The position numbers and the translations under genes were made by a program. Shown here one piece after another: positions 63,183 through 64,000 of a stretch of DNA of 64,000 bases. This DNA is from Octopus sinensis (Eukaryota), in assembly GCF_006345805.1 (NCBI RefSeq), contig NC_043013.1, positions 50,654,001-50,718,000 of the forward strand, given 5' to 3'. Within the stretch, counting starts at the first letter, position 1. Each line of letters starts with the position of its first letter. Below the pieces are notes generated by a model. That model saw only the letters and a program-made list of their open reading frames with translations, did no database searches and was not told where the DNA came from.

Positions 63183-63184
<2 letters not shown>
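63035..63184. repeat. PLE-like fold-back (copy 2, perfect arms)
   Basis: Same as 62324-62473. Confidence 0.92.
63111..63165 (+). ncRNA. Type I hammerhead ribozyme motif (copy 2)
   Basis: 8-bp stem I GGAGCUUC/GAAGCUCC, CUGAAGA, stem II UUC-UCUU-GAA closed by U.U, GAAA, stem III CAG/CUG, GUA site (63157/63158). Confidence 0.7.
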
Positions 63185-63241
<57 letters not shown>

Positions 63242-63242
<1 letters not shown>

Positions 63243-63614
63243 TAGCAGTATCGCCCGGCGTTGCTCGGGTTTGTAAGGGAAATAACTATAAAGCATTTTT
63301 AGAGAGTTATAGCCAAAAAATGGAAAAAAAAAATGATGGTAAATTTTTTTTTAGTTAAAAAGGTCGAGTTGCGTCCCCTAGACAGTCTGTGGTTTGTGTT
63401 TCTGATTCTCGACCCCATGTCGAATTTATCGATTTGTTTCAGAACTGGGGGAACTTTTCAAAATTTTCGCTGTGTTAGTTTTGAATTATGACATTGGGCT
63501 ATGTGTGTGTCAAGTTTCATCAGAATCGGTTGAAAGCCATGGTCAGGGTGAGGGTACAACCAAACAGACACACAGAAACACACACAGACAAACTGCCGTT
63601 TATATATAGAGAGA
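63242..63614 (-). mobile_element. Non-autonomous Helitron (copy 2)
   Basis: Same termini as 62525-62895. Confidence 0.88.
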
Positions 63615-63624
63615 TATATATATA

Positions 63625-63791
63625 TAGGTGCAGGTGTGGCTGTGTGGTAAGTAGCTTGCTTATCAACTACATAGTTCCGGGTTCAGTCCCACTGCATGGC
63701 ATCTTGGGTATGTGTCTTCTACTATAGCCTCAGGCCGACCAAAGCCTTGTGGGTGGATTTGGTTGACGGAAACTGAAAGAAGCTCATTATG

Positions 63792-63825
<34 letters not shown>

Positions 63826-64000
63826 GTGTGTCTGTGTTGCCTCCCCACCATCGTTTGACAATCAATGTTGGTATGTCTACGTTTCTGTAACTTAGCAGTT
63901 CGGCAAAAGAGACTGATAGAATAAGTACTAGGCTAGGCTTTCAAAGATTTGGTGGTTGATTTGGTGAACTAAATGTGGTGCTCCAGCATGGCCGCAGTCA
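63625..64000 (+). mobile_element. SINE family A (runs off the window end)
   Basis: Match to family A. Confidence 0.82.

Larger units (their letters stand above)
62259..63614. repeat. Near-identical tandem duplication, period ~712 bp
   Basis: Unit 1 at 62259-62895, unit 2 at 62971-63614. They differ by a few bases and by (TA)n lengths. Confidence 0.95.

Overview
64 kb of AT-rich, repeat-saturated animal DNA. The repeat repertoire suggests a coleoid cephalopod, probably Octopus; this is an inference and was not searched. I found no host gene that I can support, so the window looks intergenic or deep intronic. Most ORFs in the track are (TA)n/(TG)n/(TAA)n microsatellite artefacts. Main contents: (1) a young, almost complete RTE LINE (16810-20443; EN+RT with a PHD-like finger, one stop and two -1 frameshifts) plus many 3' fragments; (2) a decayed Ty3/Gypsy gag-pol; (3) remnants of piggyBac, maT (DD37D), mariner, hAT, CR1 and R4/Dong elements; (4) non-autonomous Helitrons; (5) over 40 copies of at least three tRNA-headed SINE families. 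The most interesting signal is a set of at least five sequence-unrelated type I hammerhead-ribozyme motifs, found by manual folding, in short Penelope-like (PLE) segments that are often fold-back palindromes. One is joined to a tRNA-like head. One is tandemly duplicated together with a Helitron. All element classes use microsatellites as landing sites. Coordinates were counted by hand, and the ends of degenerate copies are approximate.
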